NCBI GenBank assembly: GCA_964187785.1
Contig: OZ076409.1
Coordinates: 15,874,001 to 15,938,000, forward strand
DNA from: Amphiscolops sp. MND2022
Taxonomy: Eukaryota
Direction of reading: 5' to 3'
DNA: 64,000 nucleotides
The notes under the pieces are model-generated. The model ran no database searches, was not told where the DNA came from, and worked only from the letters and a program-made list of their open reading frames with translations. Shown here piece after piece: positions 36,326 to 49,161 of this stretch. Every line of letters begins with the position of its first letter. Position 1 is the stretch's first letter. A program made the position numbers and the translations under genes.

Positions 36326-38378
36326 ATTTTTTCTGTTAATTCCTCCTCCAATTTAATCCCCCCAGTTAGGCGGTTAAGTGAAATTATAGTTTGATTAATT
36401 GAAACAACTAATCAAATTGCAGTATTTAACAAATATAATTGCCACTGAAACTTATCGCTCTAATTAGGGGTATTTAAGTTTTCTACGTTTACTGTTCTGA
36501 GGAGTTACCAAAAAATATCCAACAAAACCTTGTTCCACGAAACTGGTCCACAAAATCAGTGATGCAGCAGAAACCCTTTTTCAAACCCGTCACGGCACTT
36601 TATAATATGAGTAAAACATACTTAAACATATCTTAAAACATACAGAGTTGTAAGAAACTAACTTCCGCAGATTTTCTTGGAAGTTTCAAAAAACACAAAT
36701 TTTAACGCTGCCTATTTTCTTGATAATTATTAGTTCTAGAGATATGAGCAGAAAAATGAGGTGCGTGTTCCAAATTTTAATATCAATTAGGGGTTCCATT
36801 CTTTTATCACACCACTGTAATGTAATAGTGTAATTTGCGTCCAAAGTGGGAAGTTTTCATTTGAAATTGACTAACTCACTCAAAAGACCTTCAATGAATT
36901 GGCAGTGGGGTGAGAAAGGACATTTTGTTTCAATGTTTGACAATTCACATTTTGCACATTGTTTCTACAATTTTACTAAGTTTGTATTTGTATGTATACC
37001 GTATTCCCATTCTCGAAAATTTATTGTTCTTGTAAATTTTGCCAACTTTTAAAAAATGAATATTGTAAGGACCGTGCGTTGTGAATTTTGTTCATATATC
37101 TGTAATGCTCTTGAAAAAAGCTGTTTTCAATATACGAACCAGCAGAAACCAAAGCACCTTTCATTTGAATTAGTTTCTTTCTGGATAAATATATGGAGTT
37201 CAATTGTAGATTATTTTTCTGAGCATTCGAAAATTAGAAGTTGCAAATTTAGCTTCTGCGTTTAAATTGCCAATCAAGTTTTTCAGCACATGCTTAAGCA
37301 CGCCATAATTCGTGCTATTAGCCAATCACGTTCGGCGAACAGAAACGCCTTCGAAAAACAATGTGGGAGAGGGGTGCCTTGCGTTCCAAAAAGAACGAAA
37401 ATTGACAGAAATCTTCGCTTCCATCTATAATTTCGTATTCAAACAATCAATATGATGAACTCATTCTTTCACAAACTTGATATCTTGGAGGAAAAAATAC
37501 GTTTTATTTTCGGGCGGTGTCCTATATCAGAACATGTATTAGATATGAGGAGGTGTTTTTCATTCGGTGCTTGCTTCATTAAAACAAAAACAGTTCACTT
37601 TGTCATGAGGAATACAGTTTGATAGCTGGAAAATTTGATGTCAAATTATTAGCAAAATGAAGTGAGCTTGGATGAATGAGATTAATAATTTGGGGATGGA
37701 TTCCCGCCTACGATTTTAGCTTGTTCCTGGGTAAATGCTTGCTTTTTTAAAGAAAAAGTCAAAAAGTCAGGGTACTCTTTTGCTGCAAGTGTCGAAACAA
37801 TTCTAGAGACAACCTTCCTAGTATTTATAGCCGAATCAATGCCTTTCATTCGCTTAAGAAGATTTTTCGAGCATAAAGAATGTTTCCGTGAGAAACAAGG
37901 TTCAAATCCCATTGCAAACAACCTTGAACTTCTTCCCTAATTCTCGCATGTTCTTACATCTTACTGTTTACGTTTGAAAATCTTATTACTTTACTACTAC
38001 TGTTCGCTACACAAGCTATGTACACTATCATTTTTGAAGCGTTCTTTATACGACAACGAAAGTATTGATATTCGGGACGTGATAGCTTGGTTGGTAGTGT
38101 GAACGGCAGCGGCATAATCACATCACACATCAAAACGCAGATTAAGAGCAGTTGGTAACGGGTTTTGTTCATTTTCATTCTTGTTAGCTTTTCTCGGACA
38201 AAATCTTGGAAAGTTGCACAGATTTTTTTCACTCTTGATAATAGTTTTGTCAACATTAGTGTCAAGGTTCCCACGGAATTGTAACAGTCTTGTAAAGAAT
38301 TCAAAGAACTTTCACTCTGTGTGGGACCAGAGGTGCTCTCTAATCCTCGCAATACAGCAAACAGATCTAACTCGTGTC

Positions 38379-40158
38379 CAGGCCTGGAGAAAATTCACGG
38401 ACAATACACCTGAAAAATCACGCAACATGTCACGCAAAATCTTGCTGAAAATCACGAGAAATTCACGCAATTTTATTCAAAATCACGAAAAATCACGGAG
38501 TATAAATTGAACATTTATATGTTTTTTGAGTTAACATACAAATACAAAAGCTGTTCAAATGTTTTTTCCTCCATATATTCAGGCTTTCTCTCAAAAGTTT
38601 ATTGTAATAAGAAAACGTTCGCTCCAACGAAGCTGAAGAAGAAGGTAAGAATCTAAAACTCAAACCTATTTCAGCTAAATTTGGCTTATTGTTTTTTTGG
38701 TTTTGCCGGAAGTCTCGAACGGCCCAAACTTTCTTTGTAAGATTGTCCATAATTCCTTCCAATTCAATTGGCTTTGTAAATTCTCTGGCTTTTTGTCGAT
38801 AAAGCTTGAATTCCACGTCGGATACGCGCTCAATTCCTGGAACGCTAATGTTTGGGGTCTCAGGAAAGGATAAGGTTTCCGTTGGGTCGAAGAATTTTAT
38901 ATCTTTAAGGAATATGACCAGCTAGGGTAGCAACCTGACTCCCCAAAGTATTTAGTAAATTTGTTCAAGGCTGCTTTCGAAGAGCTGCGGACGTTTTCGA
39001 GTATATGAAAATGACTCAAAAAGATAAGTCCATCTTGTTTGAATTGGTTGTGGAAGTAGCTTTTTTGCAACGCCGATGTCGCCTTAATATGCTTGATACC
39101 TGAACTTTCTAGTCCCCGATTTGGAGAAAAAAGCAAATTTTTAATGCCCAGTCCATTGATAATTTGAATTCCGCTGAGAAACATTTTGCAACCAAGTTAG
39201 GAATGTGACTGATGCATGTCAGATGTTGGCAGTTCGGCAAGATTGCTTTTAGGGCACTATTGTAAGATTTGAGCATATAAGCAGCCTTGTCAGTTTGTCA
39301 GTGCAGTAACCGACTACATCTTCAAAATTAAACAATGCAAGACATGGTTTCACAGTAGGAGAAGAACCAGGTACAGTCGCGAAAATAACGCAACTCACGA
39401 AGCGTCCCAGTGAGTCGTATGTTTCATCATAAGAAACGATAATTTTCATGTCCTTGAATTGAGATTTGAAAGTGTCCCTTGGGGACAAAAACGCATCCTA
39501 TAAATACGGCATCAAACTCTTTCTTTTAGGAATAGCCCCTCCATGTTTCACGTGAGTCTCGCAAAAACAGCGCATCTCATCACAGTCACTAGATTGGCAC
39601 TAGCACATGCCTTGACCCATGAAATAACGCAGGGAGCATTATGAAGTCTTGCAGTTGTGTTAATTTTCAGCGTGGTTTTAAGTGAAACTTGACTTTTTTC
39701 TTCGATTTATTCTTTTTGTGGGTTTCTGTGAGCTGGTGTCGGTCTATCGAACCATGTCGAGAGTGATCAACAATTTTCGAGCAAACAGAGCATATTAAGT
39801 TTCCTTGTTCTTCACGCTGTTTTGCACTAAAACTGGGGTAATGAAGTCTTTTCCTGGACTCGTCCATCGATTTCTTCACGCTTTTTGGTGTATAACACTC
39901 AATTTCAACAATTTCTTGAACATCCATTACATCTGAAAAAGAAAAATGATAGTTTTAATGATTAAACATTGGTAGAAAATTGATAGAAGAATAAAGAATA
40001 GTAAAAGAATAGAGTCGACTTAAACAGTAGAATATACACGGAATTCACGAAACATCACGCGGCATAAAAGAAGATCACTGTTTATCACGCTGCTTTGTGA
40101 TTGGCTGAAAATCACGCAAAATCACGTAAATTCATGCCGTGAATATTCTCCAGGCCTG
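38379..40158 (-). mobile_element. hAT DNA transposon (CGGBP-like zinc finger), 1780 bp, decayed transposase
   Basis: TIR CAGGCCTGGAGAA(A/T)ATTCACGG at both ends; perfect 8-bp TSD CTCGTGTC; fragments CSVCSKIVDH...IDRH...H, SYDETYD, TCISH, SSASLERTFS; many AATCACG subterminal motifs. Confidence 0.93.
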
Positions 40159-41049
40159 CTCGTGTCACGTATTTTTGCACTTTGTCCTCAAGAAGTGTGA
40201 ATGCAAATGCAAAGGCAAAAGATTCTTCTTTTAATTGGGCGCCTTTGTTCAGAAAAGAGTCGACTCTAGTCATGGCTTTTCGTCGGTTTTTTCGATACAA
40301 CTGAACCAACGAAAATAGCTCTACAAAGTCTTCAATTTTGGCGGACTTCTCACTACCGCTTGGCCTAGTGGTTAACGCAAGGTCTTGGAAGCAGGAGTAC
40401 TTTTTTTCAAAACTATCTATCAAATTTTTTTTGAATCGAAGTGATTTGATTTTAGAAAAAGCAAAGCGTTTTACGAGCCAAGAGGGCCACGTTGTTTTGT
40501 CGGCACAATGCGACTCACCAAAAAATTGAACAAATTTTGTGAATTTTTTTTCCATTTTTTTTTCAAATTTTTGGTTTTTTTAAGGTTTTCTGAGGGAATA
40601 AGACCACTTTTCTTAGTCCAAAGGGTTACTTCGTTGATTATTTGATTAACAATTTAATTTGTTAATTGTGGCAATGGCCTACTGTATTTTTCGGGACTGT
40701 GCGACTAAAACAAAAAATGCTTGGTGAAAGTGCACACTTTCACTTTCATAAATGTTATCGGCTTGAAAAAAAAGCGTTTTGCTTGCTTAAATTTCCTTTT
40801 TCGACATTATGAGACTTATTGCCGACAGTAACATTCGAAACATAATTTTCAATAAATGTTTTGTGTTTCCATTAGGTGAAAAAGTGGTTTTCGAGTCTTG
40901 CAGTCCGTATGTGATTGCGTTCCTACTGACGAATTTTTCGCGGAAAAAATCTGATGAACTCAGTGTTCTTTTTTTTCCAGTTCGCCTAAATTTGTTTCTG
41001 TTAGTTCCAAAATCATGATCAAATTTTTAGTAGCAAGTTACTGATTTTG

Positions 41050-42150
41050 ACTGTTTGCTCCCAACACTTTTGTTGTAATTCATAAGGTCCTAAATTACGC
41101 TTAAACAGACAACTGCCTTGCTTTTTTAATCAAGAAAGAAATTTAAAGTTTTTGTCCATTCGGCCTTTTGTCATCTCGATTGCGATTCGTCTCTAATATG
41201 GCCCAATAAATTGGTTTCTCTCAGAAACAAATATGACATTTGGAGCTCGCTCGTTAACTAAAACTTGCAGCTGGAGTAAAATCCGTTCAAATCAATATCT
41301 GTCTTCCGCCGCACCTCTCGCTACAATGGAGATATCGACTAATAAAGCGAGTACATGTACTTCGAAGTTGAGCCTTTTGTCAATTTTATGGACACTTAGT
41401 GATATGTGATATCCAAATCCCTTAGTCTACTTTGGATATTCAAATCCCTTGGTCTGTGTTGTACAAATGATATTTGATTTTTGTTCATCAATTACTTTTC
41501 AATCGACATTTGGGCATATCTTCTGATACAGGCTAAACTTTTATTCCTTGAGTGAGGTCTGCTCTTCACCAGTATATTGGTCACCGTTTTAACGGCTCGA
41601 AAAGTGATTGTGTCGCTTTTTAGGTCAGATGCTCTTTCTACATTGCCTTCGATAAAACGAAACTATTTCAAAAAATTTTCTGAAGCCCGTGGTGAAAACA
41701 AATCTGTGTCGTCTTGGTTTTGCATATCTTGTTTGCAGTGCCGGCCTTAGTTGGAAGTTGACCTTTTTTTCTCCCAACTGTTCAATGAAAATTTGTCAAG
41801 CTGTCAATAACAATTTTATAACATTTAGCACAACCACCCAAAGGTGCGCAATTGTGTGCGCAATGGCATTAAACTCGTGTTACTGGGACCTGAGAAACCT
41901 AGCCAAATATAGTCCAAAAATAACCGAATGACAAAGTACGTAAGTTGTTTTTCAAAATTTCAATCCGTTTCCGACTCCTTTAGCGCGCATTCCGTATAGT
42001 TCTTCATCTCTTCGAAAGTCCTCGAATACCCAGTGTCTTTCCTTGTTGTTCAACATTGTTGACTTGATACGTTCGTTCAATTCTATGATTGCTTTGGGGA
42101 ATTATGTTTATCTTCTAAGTTTTCTACCCAACTTTTTCATGGCGAGTGGT
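41050..42150 (-). mobile_element. Highly degenerate LINE RT-like fragment
   Basis: Minus-strand remnants such as QDDT and IDKRLNFEVHV resemble the CR1/L2 RT C-terminus; no intact frame. Confidence 0.35.
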
Positions 42151-42489
42151 CATATGTAATAAAAAAGCCGGGAACGGCATAAGTCGGTGCCATATCTAAG
42201 GTTCAAAAATAGCAAAAGTACTTCAAAGTGTCAAGTATTCTCCTTTACAGTAGCCGAAAAACCCAAAAGTTGGATCGAATGGGCGGGCCTGGCGCGCTAA
42301 AAGGGGGACTTTTTGGGATTTTTCAACATCCATTCTGTTGAAAAGTTTAAAAAATTGAAAAGGGGACCGTTTGGAGACATGAAAAAGTTTTTTTAATAGT
42401 CTCACAATGCCGAAAAAACTGAAAGGGGGACTCTTTGAGATTTTTCAACATCCATTCTGTCGAAAAAAAGCATAAAAAAATTGTAGGGG

Positions 42490-42695
42490 TGTAGAGGTGA
42501 AAATTATATAGTCTAGACAGACTTAATTGAACATTCAAGTACCTGCCTATGAACTATAAAGTACATCCCCACCATTTAGTTATTGCCTTCGATGCTATAC
42601 GGATAGATACTGATACTCTAGTACTGCATACTATTGAGAACGTTATCTTCTTAATTTGAACTTCTTAATTCTATCTTTTCCACGAGTCTACAACA
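42490..42695 (+). repeat. 5' LTR (206 bp)
   Basis: TGTAGAGG...CTACAACA, repeated at 48212. Confidence 0.97.
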
Positions 42696-42717
42696 TGGCG
42701 CAGTCAGCAATTTGAAC

Positions 42718-45700
42718 ATGCTGGAAATCAACAACACCGAAATCAACAACACCGACCCCAACCCAATGGAAGGTGAACCGATGACATCGGAACAGTCAAC
42801 GAGAACAATAAACAACCAAACAATGGCCGAGAGAACCGAAAAAAGTAAGTACAAGATCCCAATCTTATCAGACAGAGACACCGATCTCACCAAGATTAAT
42901 CCCAAGATGTGGTGGGAGCAAATATCGGAATATATCCATTTGACTTACGACCGAAATCTAGACGAGATTACCGAAGAGGGGATCGAGTACATGGACCAAC
43001 ATACAGCTTACCACATAAAAGGCGACGTTATCTGGGCACTGGGCCCAAAGGCCAAGCATGAAATTATGAGAGGTCAATGGGGCCGAGAGTTAAAAGATGT
43101 CAAATTACCAGAACTTCTGACATTATTCAAAAAAACCTTCCTCCCAGCGAGAAATGTATTCCACAGCAGGGCACAATTTTTCAACATGAAACAGGAGGAA
43201 AACGAGACCCTGGATGAATATTGGAAAAGGCTGGTGGACATCGAAAGAAAGTGTGATTTCAACAACGTCACACCGGAAGAAATCATCACATACAAGTTCG
43301 CAGCCACCATAAAGGACAAAAGAGCCCGTGATAAATTCATAAAAGGCCCACTGAAAATACAATTGGTATTGGAAACCATAGAAATAGACAACTACAACAG
43401 AAAATACGGGGACAAAAAACCCAAAATCAAAAAAGCCAAAAGAGAATCCACAAGCAGTTCAACATCGTCTGAACAAGTCGGCCATACTAATCAACTACGG
43501 AAGCGAAAAACACATTTCAACGAGAAACGAAAAATTTCAAACAAAAATTGCCGCTCCTGCGGGAAACCAAACTGGTCTATGGAACACGTTTGCCCAGCAC
43601 GGAGATCACAATGCAACAATTGCAAAAAGATGGGGCACTTTGCCAAAGTCTGCAAATCTAAGACCGTCAGCCGGATAACCGAAGCAGTCTCCTCGGGCAG
43701 CAACACCGAACCATGGCCAGAAATTGACCACATCCAGTCCGTCAACGGCATTAATCGAGTGGATTTCTACAAAACAATCCTATTGGTCCAAGGACAACCA
43801 ATAGAATTCATTATTGACACAGGCTCTCCAGTGACGATAATCCCGCCAATTATCAACCCAAAAGAAGTCAAAGCGACCTCAAAATATTTCGTTGATGTAA
43901 ACAAAAATCCAATCAAATTCCAAGGGGAAGCGATGGTAGAAGTCAAAACGGAAAAAACAAAAACAGTACTACCCATCCTAATTACGGAAAAGAAAAACAC
44001 ACAACCCCTTCTGGGATTGGACTGGCTAGACAAGCTGGAAATCGGATTACAAGGAAATCTGGAAACAAATATCATCCGAAACATAACTGCAAGCGAAAAA
44101 GGTGAGAAAATTTTCAAAGAATTTGAAAACCTTTTTAAAAACAACCACACAATAAAAGACCTGACAATAGACATTCAGTTGAAAAAAGACACAAAACCTA
44201 TTCAACAAAAGGGGAGACCGGTGCCCATACACTTCCAAAACATCGTAAAAAACGAGTTAAAAAAATTAATTGAAAAAGGACACCTGGAAAAAGCCGATAA
44301 AACGACCGAAAATTGCTTCGTCTCACCCGCGGTTATAACGATCAAAAAAGATAAATCAGTAAAAATCGCACTAGATTCAAGGAAACTAAACGAATCTTGC
44401 ATAAAAAGAAAGGCAACAATGCCAAACATGGTAGAACTAATCAGCACAATATCCGCAAAAATCACAAAAAACAATGGCGAGATATGGATGTCCAAAATCG
44501 ACCTAGATTATGCATATGGACAGGCAAAACTATCCCCAGAAGCGTCACGGCACTGCGTGTTTTCAATTATCGGCGGTGATTTTACCGGACTCTACCGATT
44601 TAAAAAGGGATTTTACGGACTATCGGATATTCCCACCGTGTTTCAAGAACACATCGATAAAGTCCTAGAATTCAAAACACCAGTCTGGCTAGATGACATC
44701 ATTTGTGTCACCAACGGAACAATAGAGGAACACGAAGAAGAGTTACGTGAAATACTGTCGAAACTACAAGAAAACGGTTACCGAGCGAGCGAGAAAAAAA
44801 CAAAATTGTTTAAAAAAGAACTAACCTGGTTGGGATACGAATAAACCAAAACGGGGTAAAACCAATTAAAGATAAAACAGAAGCGATAACGAAATTGAAA
44901 GCACCCACAAACACCAAGGAATTGAAATCATTTCTGGGCTCGATACAACACTTATCAAAATTTTTGAATAATCTATCCAAAAAAACAGACAGAATGAGAA
45001 GATTGCTGAAAAAAGATACAAAATGGGAATGGACAAAAGAAATAAATGACGATTTCGAACAATTAAAAAAGGAAATAACGGAAACACCATGCTTAGCACA
45101 CTTTGATCCAAAAAAAGAGAATTTCAAAACAACTGATGCTTGTAATACCGGACTAGGGGCTACCCTATGGCAGAAAGAGGATGAAAACTTCAGGCCAATA
45201 GCCTTTGCCAGCAGATTTCTCACTGATTGTGAAAGAAAATACGCCATAAACGAACTCGAATTATTAGGCGTCCTATGGGGCGTCGAATATTTCAGGTATT
45301 ACGTATACGGAAAAAAAATAAACCTTCTGACCGATCACCAAGCGTTACAACCATTATTAAAGCGCAATCGAGCCCATAAACAATACAGTGCAAGACTCAC
45401 ACGGTGGTTAGACCGTCTGAGCCATTTCAATGTGAATGTGCAATACACCGCAGGCAAGAACATTCCACTAACGGACTATCTAAGCCGACATCCGATACTC
45501 ACTGAACACCAAGCGGAAACATCATGCGAGAACGAAGAAAAAGAAGCCGAAGAGGAATTCGTAATAAATCAGATATACGGCCTATTCGAGTTTGATCGCA
45601 CGAACGGTAGTATTACGCAACACATCCAACGACAGCAATCGGCAACAAAATCCGACCAATCACATCGCACAAAACAAACACGTGAACAAACCAACAACAG

Positions 45701-48065
45701 AGACTCAATCCAAACTTTCTCACCGCGAAACAACATTGAATCGTCAAATAACACAAAGCTTGAGAATAAAGTAACGCGAATGTCAAAAATGGATAAAGTC
45801 AATGGAATTGACATCGAATTTATTTTCAAAAAACGGGGACATTCTCCGGAAACAAACAAACTTCGCTCCGAAAGAAATAAAATCCTACAACCGAATCGTA
45901 CCAGAATCGTAGGAAAAGGCAGCGAAAATGAACGCATACAACAATATCGTCCTTCGCAACAAGACAGAAAAGAAATCGAACGAATCAATATAATGATCTA
46001 CAATCGATTCTTCAATTATTGCGAGAGCCTGGGTACTACACCCCTGAGAGAATTCAACGAAAACATTCATGAATCTTGGATCAATGTGTCCTCCGATAAC
46101 GAAAGCCAAATTAGCCATCTAAAAACGGAGAAATGTCCAACAAACATTCTGAAAAAGTTCAAAAAAACACAAAAGCGTCAATCTTATACGACTAAAACAG
46201 ACCGCCAAACGTAATACGCTGCCAGAAGAAAGAAACGAAAAAACGGCAGAGATGATCAAAAAGGCCGGAAGAGAATTCGCAATGGATCTGCCAATGCTGG
46301 TCGAGGAAACGGCACAAGATACCAAGATACTAGACGCTATCATCGCCCTGGAAACTGGGAACCGCGACGGCATCTTTTATCCATATCGCCCACACCGCGA
46401 ACATCTTGAAACTCGCTTCGGATTACTTTTTTATAATGACCGCATAGTCATCCCAGAAGCGATGAGACCGACAATTATCACCATGCTACACAACGGCCAT
46501 GTATCAACAAACAAGATGGACAAGTCCGCGGAGGCGTTCTGGTGGCCAGGTATCCATCGTGAGATTAGAGACAAAGCTGAGAACTGCCCCAGCTGCCGAA
46601 CCGCAGGTAATAACTTAAAAACACAAATACCGCAATCGGAGATAAATAGACTCGAAATTATAACTGAACCTGGACAAGAAATCCAGATAGACTTTGCCGG
46701 CCCGATAAGATCAAAATCACGCGGAAACGTCTATATTTTAGTTGCAATCGACCGTTTTAGCAAATGGCCAACGGCCCAAATTTGTAAAAACACGGACTCT
46801 CAAACCGTAATAAAATTTTTATTGAAATATTGTGCCGATAACGGAACGCCACAAACAATACGTACCGACAACGGTAGCTGCTTTAAAAGCAAAGAATTCA
46901 AAGAATACTGTAACGGCGAAAACATTACAAGAATACGGTGTACACCGAATTTACATACGGGAACCGGATTGGTCGAAAGAACAATTCGCACAATTAAGTC
47001 GCTAACTAGAGCTAATTTAGAAGACGATTTAACTTTTGAAGAAAGTGTCAACAAGGCAATTAAAACCATTAGACAAACACAACACAGTACTCTGAAAATG
47101 ACACCTTTCCAATTACACTACGGGAGAAAACCACGCACGCCGATAACCAATCTGATTGGCCAACCAAATTGCCTATTAACGAATTGGAAGAAAACACTAA
47201 CAAATTACATTTTAGCCCACCCTGCCGAATTACAAGTCTTTACGATACACGACTCAGATGGAGAACTGGCCGATTATTTGATACTCAATGAGTCAAGAAA
47301 GAGGGGACGATCGGTAAGCGACAGTTTTAAAAGTTACCAATTTTTGAAAAAGAAAACAAACCCAATGCACTAAAATGTAGATTTAAAACCGATAAAATTT
47401 TAACCGCAGCCAGAGAGACTAAACATACCATAACAACTACGGACGGTAAAACCATTCATAAGAAACTGGCATCTAACCCTTTAAAATTTCAGCCACTGAA
47501 GAAAAACGAGGAGATCAGAAAACCGACCAAACGGTGCGCAAGATGTGGACGATTCAGTAATGAAGAACTATGTGACACACACAAAAGAATAAAATCAGAG
47601 CTACAAAAACAATCGACCAGCTCGGAAACGTTCCCAATGATGCCCGCCAAACAGACCGAAAAGAACCCGGACGTCACCATAATCTCCGATAGTCAGTCAT
47701 CCCAAGCGGAGGAACCACCGCTCACGGACAATACCGACACTGAAATCACCGTCACGGCAGACATAAAGTACAATACGGACGAGACAGTAGCCAAATCAGA
47801 GAAAAGCCAAACGCCCGAAATCCTACCACCCGTCAGTTGCAGTACAGAACTGGCACAACACCGAACCAACAAGGACCCTGACCAAACCCCAACTGGATCA
47901 CCACAAAAAAGCCCAAATTCAGTAAATAAAGGTGTAGTAGAATTTAATATAGAGGTCGAAGAGAACAAGCCAAAAATCGTAGAGGGGGGAAAAGGGATCC
48001 GTAAATCCAATAGAATCAAAAACGCAAAAAGGGTAAATAAAATGGGCGGCATAGAATATTTTTGA
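42718..48065 (+). CDS. Gag-Pol polyprotein, three 1-nt frameshifts (~44840, ~46165, ~47343)
   Basis: Two zinc knuckles (CRSC...HVC, CNNCKKMGHFAKVC), IDTGS protease, RT WLDD, RNase H TDAC/TDHQAL, INT HNGH...CPSC, IDFAGP, TDNG, VER; C-terminal CARC...CDTH. Confidence 0.92.
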
Positions 48066-48211
48066 CAACTTTCGAATATTCTAGATCCAAAGCCAAAAAG
48101 CCAGAAGAAGATCGTACACTTCATCCGGAACATAGCCAACAAACAGAAGGCCGGAAACAAGAACGCCTGAGACATTCAAGAATGGCTCCCATAATCCCGA
48201 AGAGGGGGGAA

Positions 48212-48417
48212 TGTAGAGGTGAAAATTATATAGTCTAGACAGACTTAATTGAACATTCAAGTACCTGCCTATGAACTATAAAGTACATCCCCACCATTTA
48301 GTTATTGCCTTCGATGCTATACGGATAGATACTGATACTCTAGTACTCCATACTATTGAGAACGTTATCTTCTTAATTTGAACTTCTTAATTCTATCTTT
48401 TCCACGAGTCTACAACA
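48212..48417 (+). repeat. 3' LTR (206 bp)
   Basis: Matches 42490-42695; preceded by the PPT, followed by the TSD. Confidence 0.97.
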
Positions 48418-49161
48418 AGGGGGACCCTTTGGAGAAAAAAATTGAAAAAATATCTCACATTGCCGAAAAAGAAACTGAAGAAAGGGACCCTTTAGTCTCT
48501 CCCGGTTTTGTATATGTTTCACTGAAAAACAGGAAAAACCTTTTTGGTTCAGTTCCCTAGGTCAAATGGTCCAATTTGACACCTTAAAACTTCGTAGAAC
48601 TTTGTAGAACTATTTTGGTCAGTTCGTGTGGATTGAAAAAAGAGTCACTTGTATAGTCGCGTTTCACTTCATGAAGCGCCGACTTAAAATGGAACAGTCT
48701 CAGTGCAATATAGGAAGCTATCTGATTACAACTAATGACCGCTATACACAACAGGAAATAAGGTGTAAACATGGAGAACTTTGTTAACAATTGAAGGGGT
48801 ATGCAATCTATTGTATTTTTTTTTGTTTCAGAATTCAAGAGAACTCATGTAAATTTGATTCCATTTCAATCCAAGGACTAACTTTTTCTGAAAGAACGCG
48901 ACTGAGGGCTCACATTGAGAATGAATGGACATTTTCATCTTGTCACATTGTTTTGTCTTCCTATTTTAGACGGAAAGTAGAACATCTTCTAAGAATGAAT
49001 CCAACAAGTAATCCCCAACATATAACCATCAAATAGGAAAAAAAACTGCAGAAAGTTTCTCAATACTTGTAGAAATATGTAATTTGACATTTAATTTCAA
49101 GTTCAATTCAGTCGCATTCTTTTATTGTACGTCTTGAAAACTCGTATACATTTAAGGACGT

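Larger units (their letters stand above)
42490..48417 (+). mobile_element. Complete Ty3/Gypsy LTR retrotransposon, Mag-like (5928 bp)
   Basis: 206-bp LTRs 42490-42695 and 48212-48417 (one mismatch seen); TSD AGGGG; PBS TGGCGCAGTCAGCA (tRNA-Ser-like) directly after the LTR; PPT GAAGAGGGGGGAA 48199-48211. Confidence 0.97.
42160..48688 (-). mobile_element. HINE-like copy split by the Mag-like Gypsy (pieces ~42160-42489 and 48418-48688)
   Basis: Left end AAGCCGGGAACGGCATAAGTCGGTGCC, right end TAGTCGCG...GAAGCGCCGACTT; internal GGGGGAC motifs continue across the insertion. Confidence 0.75.
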
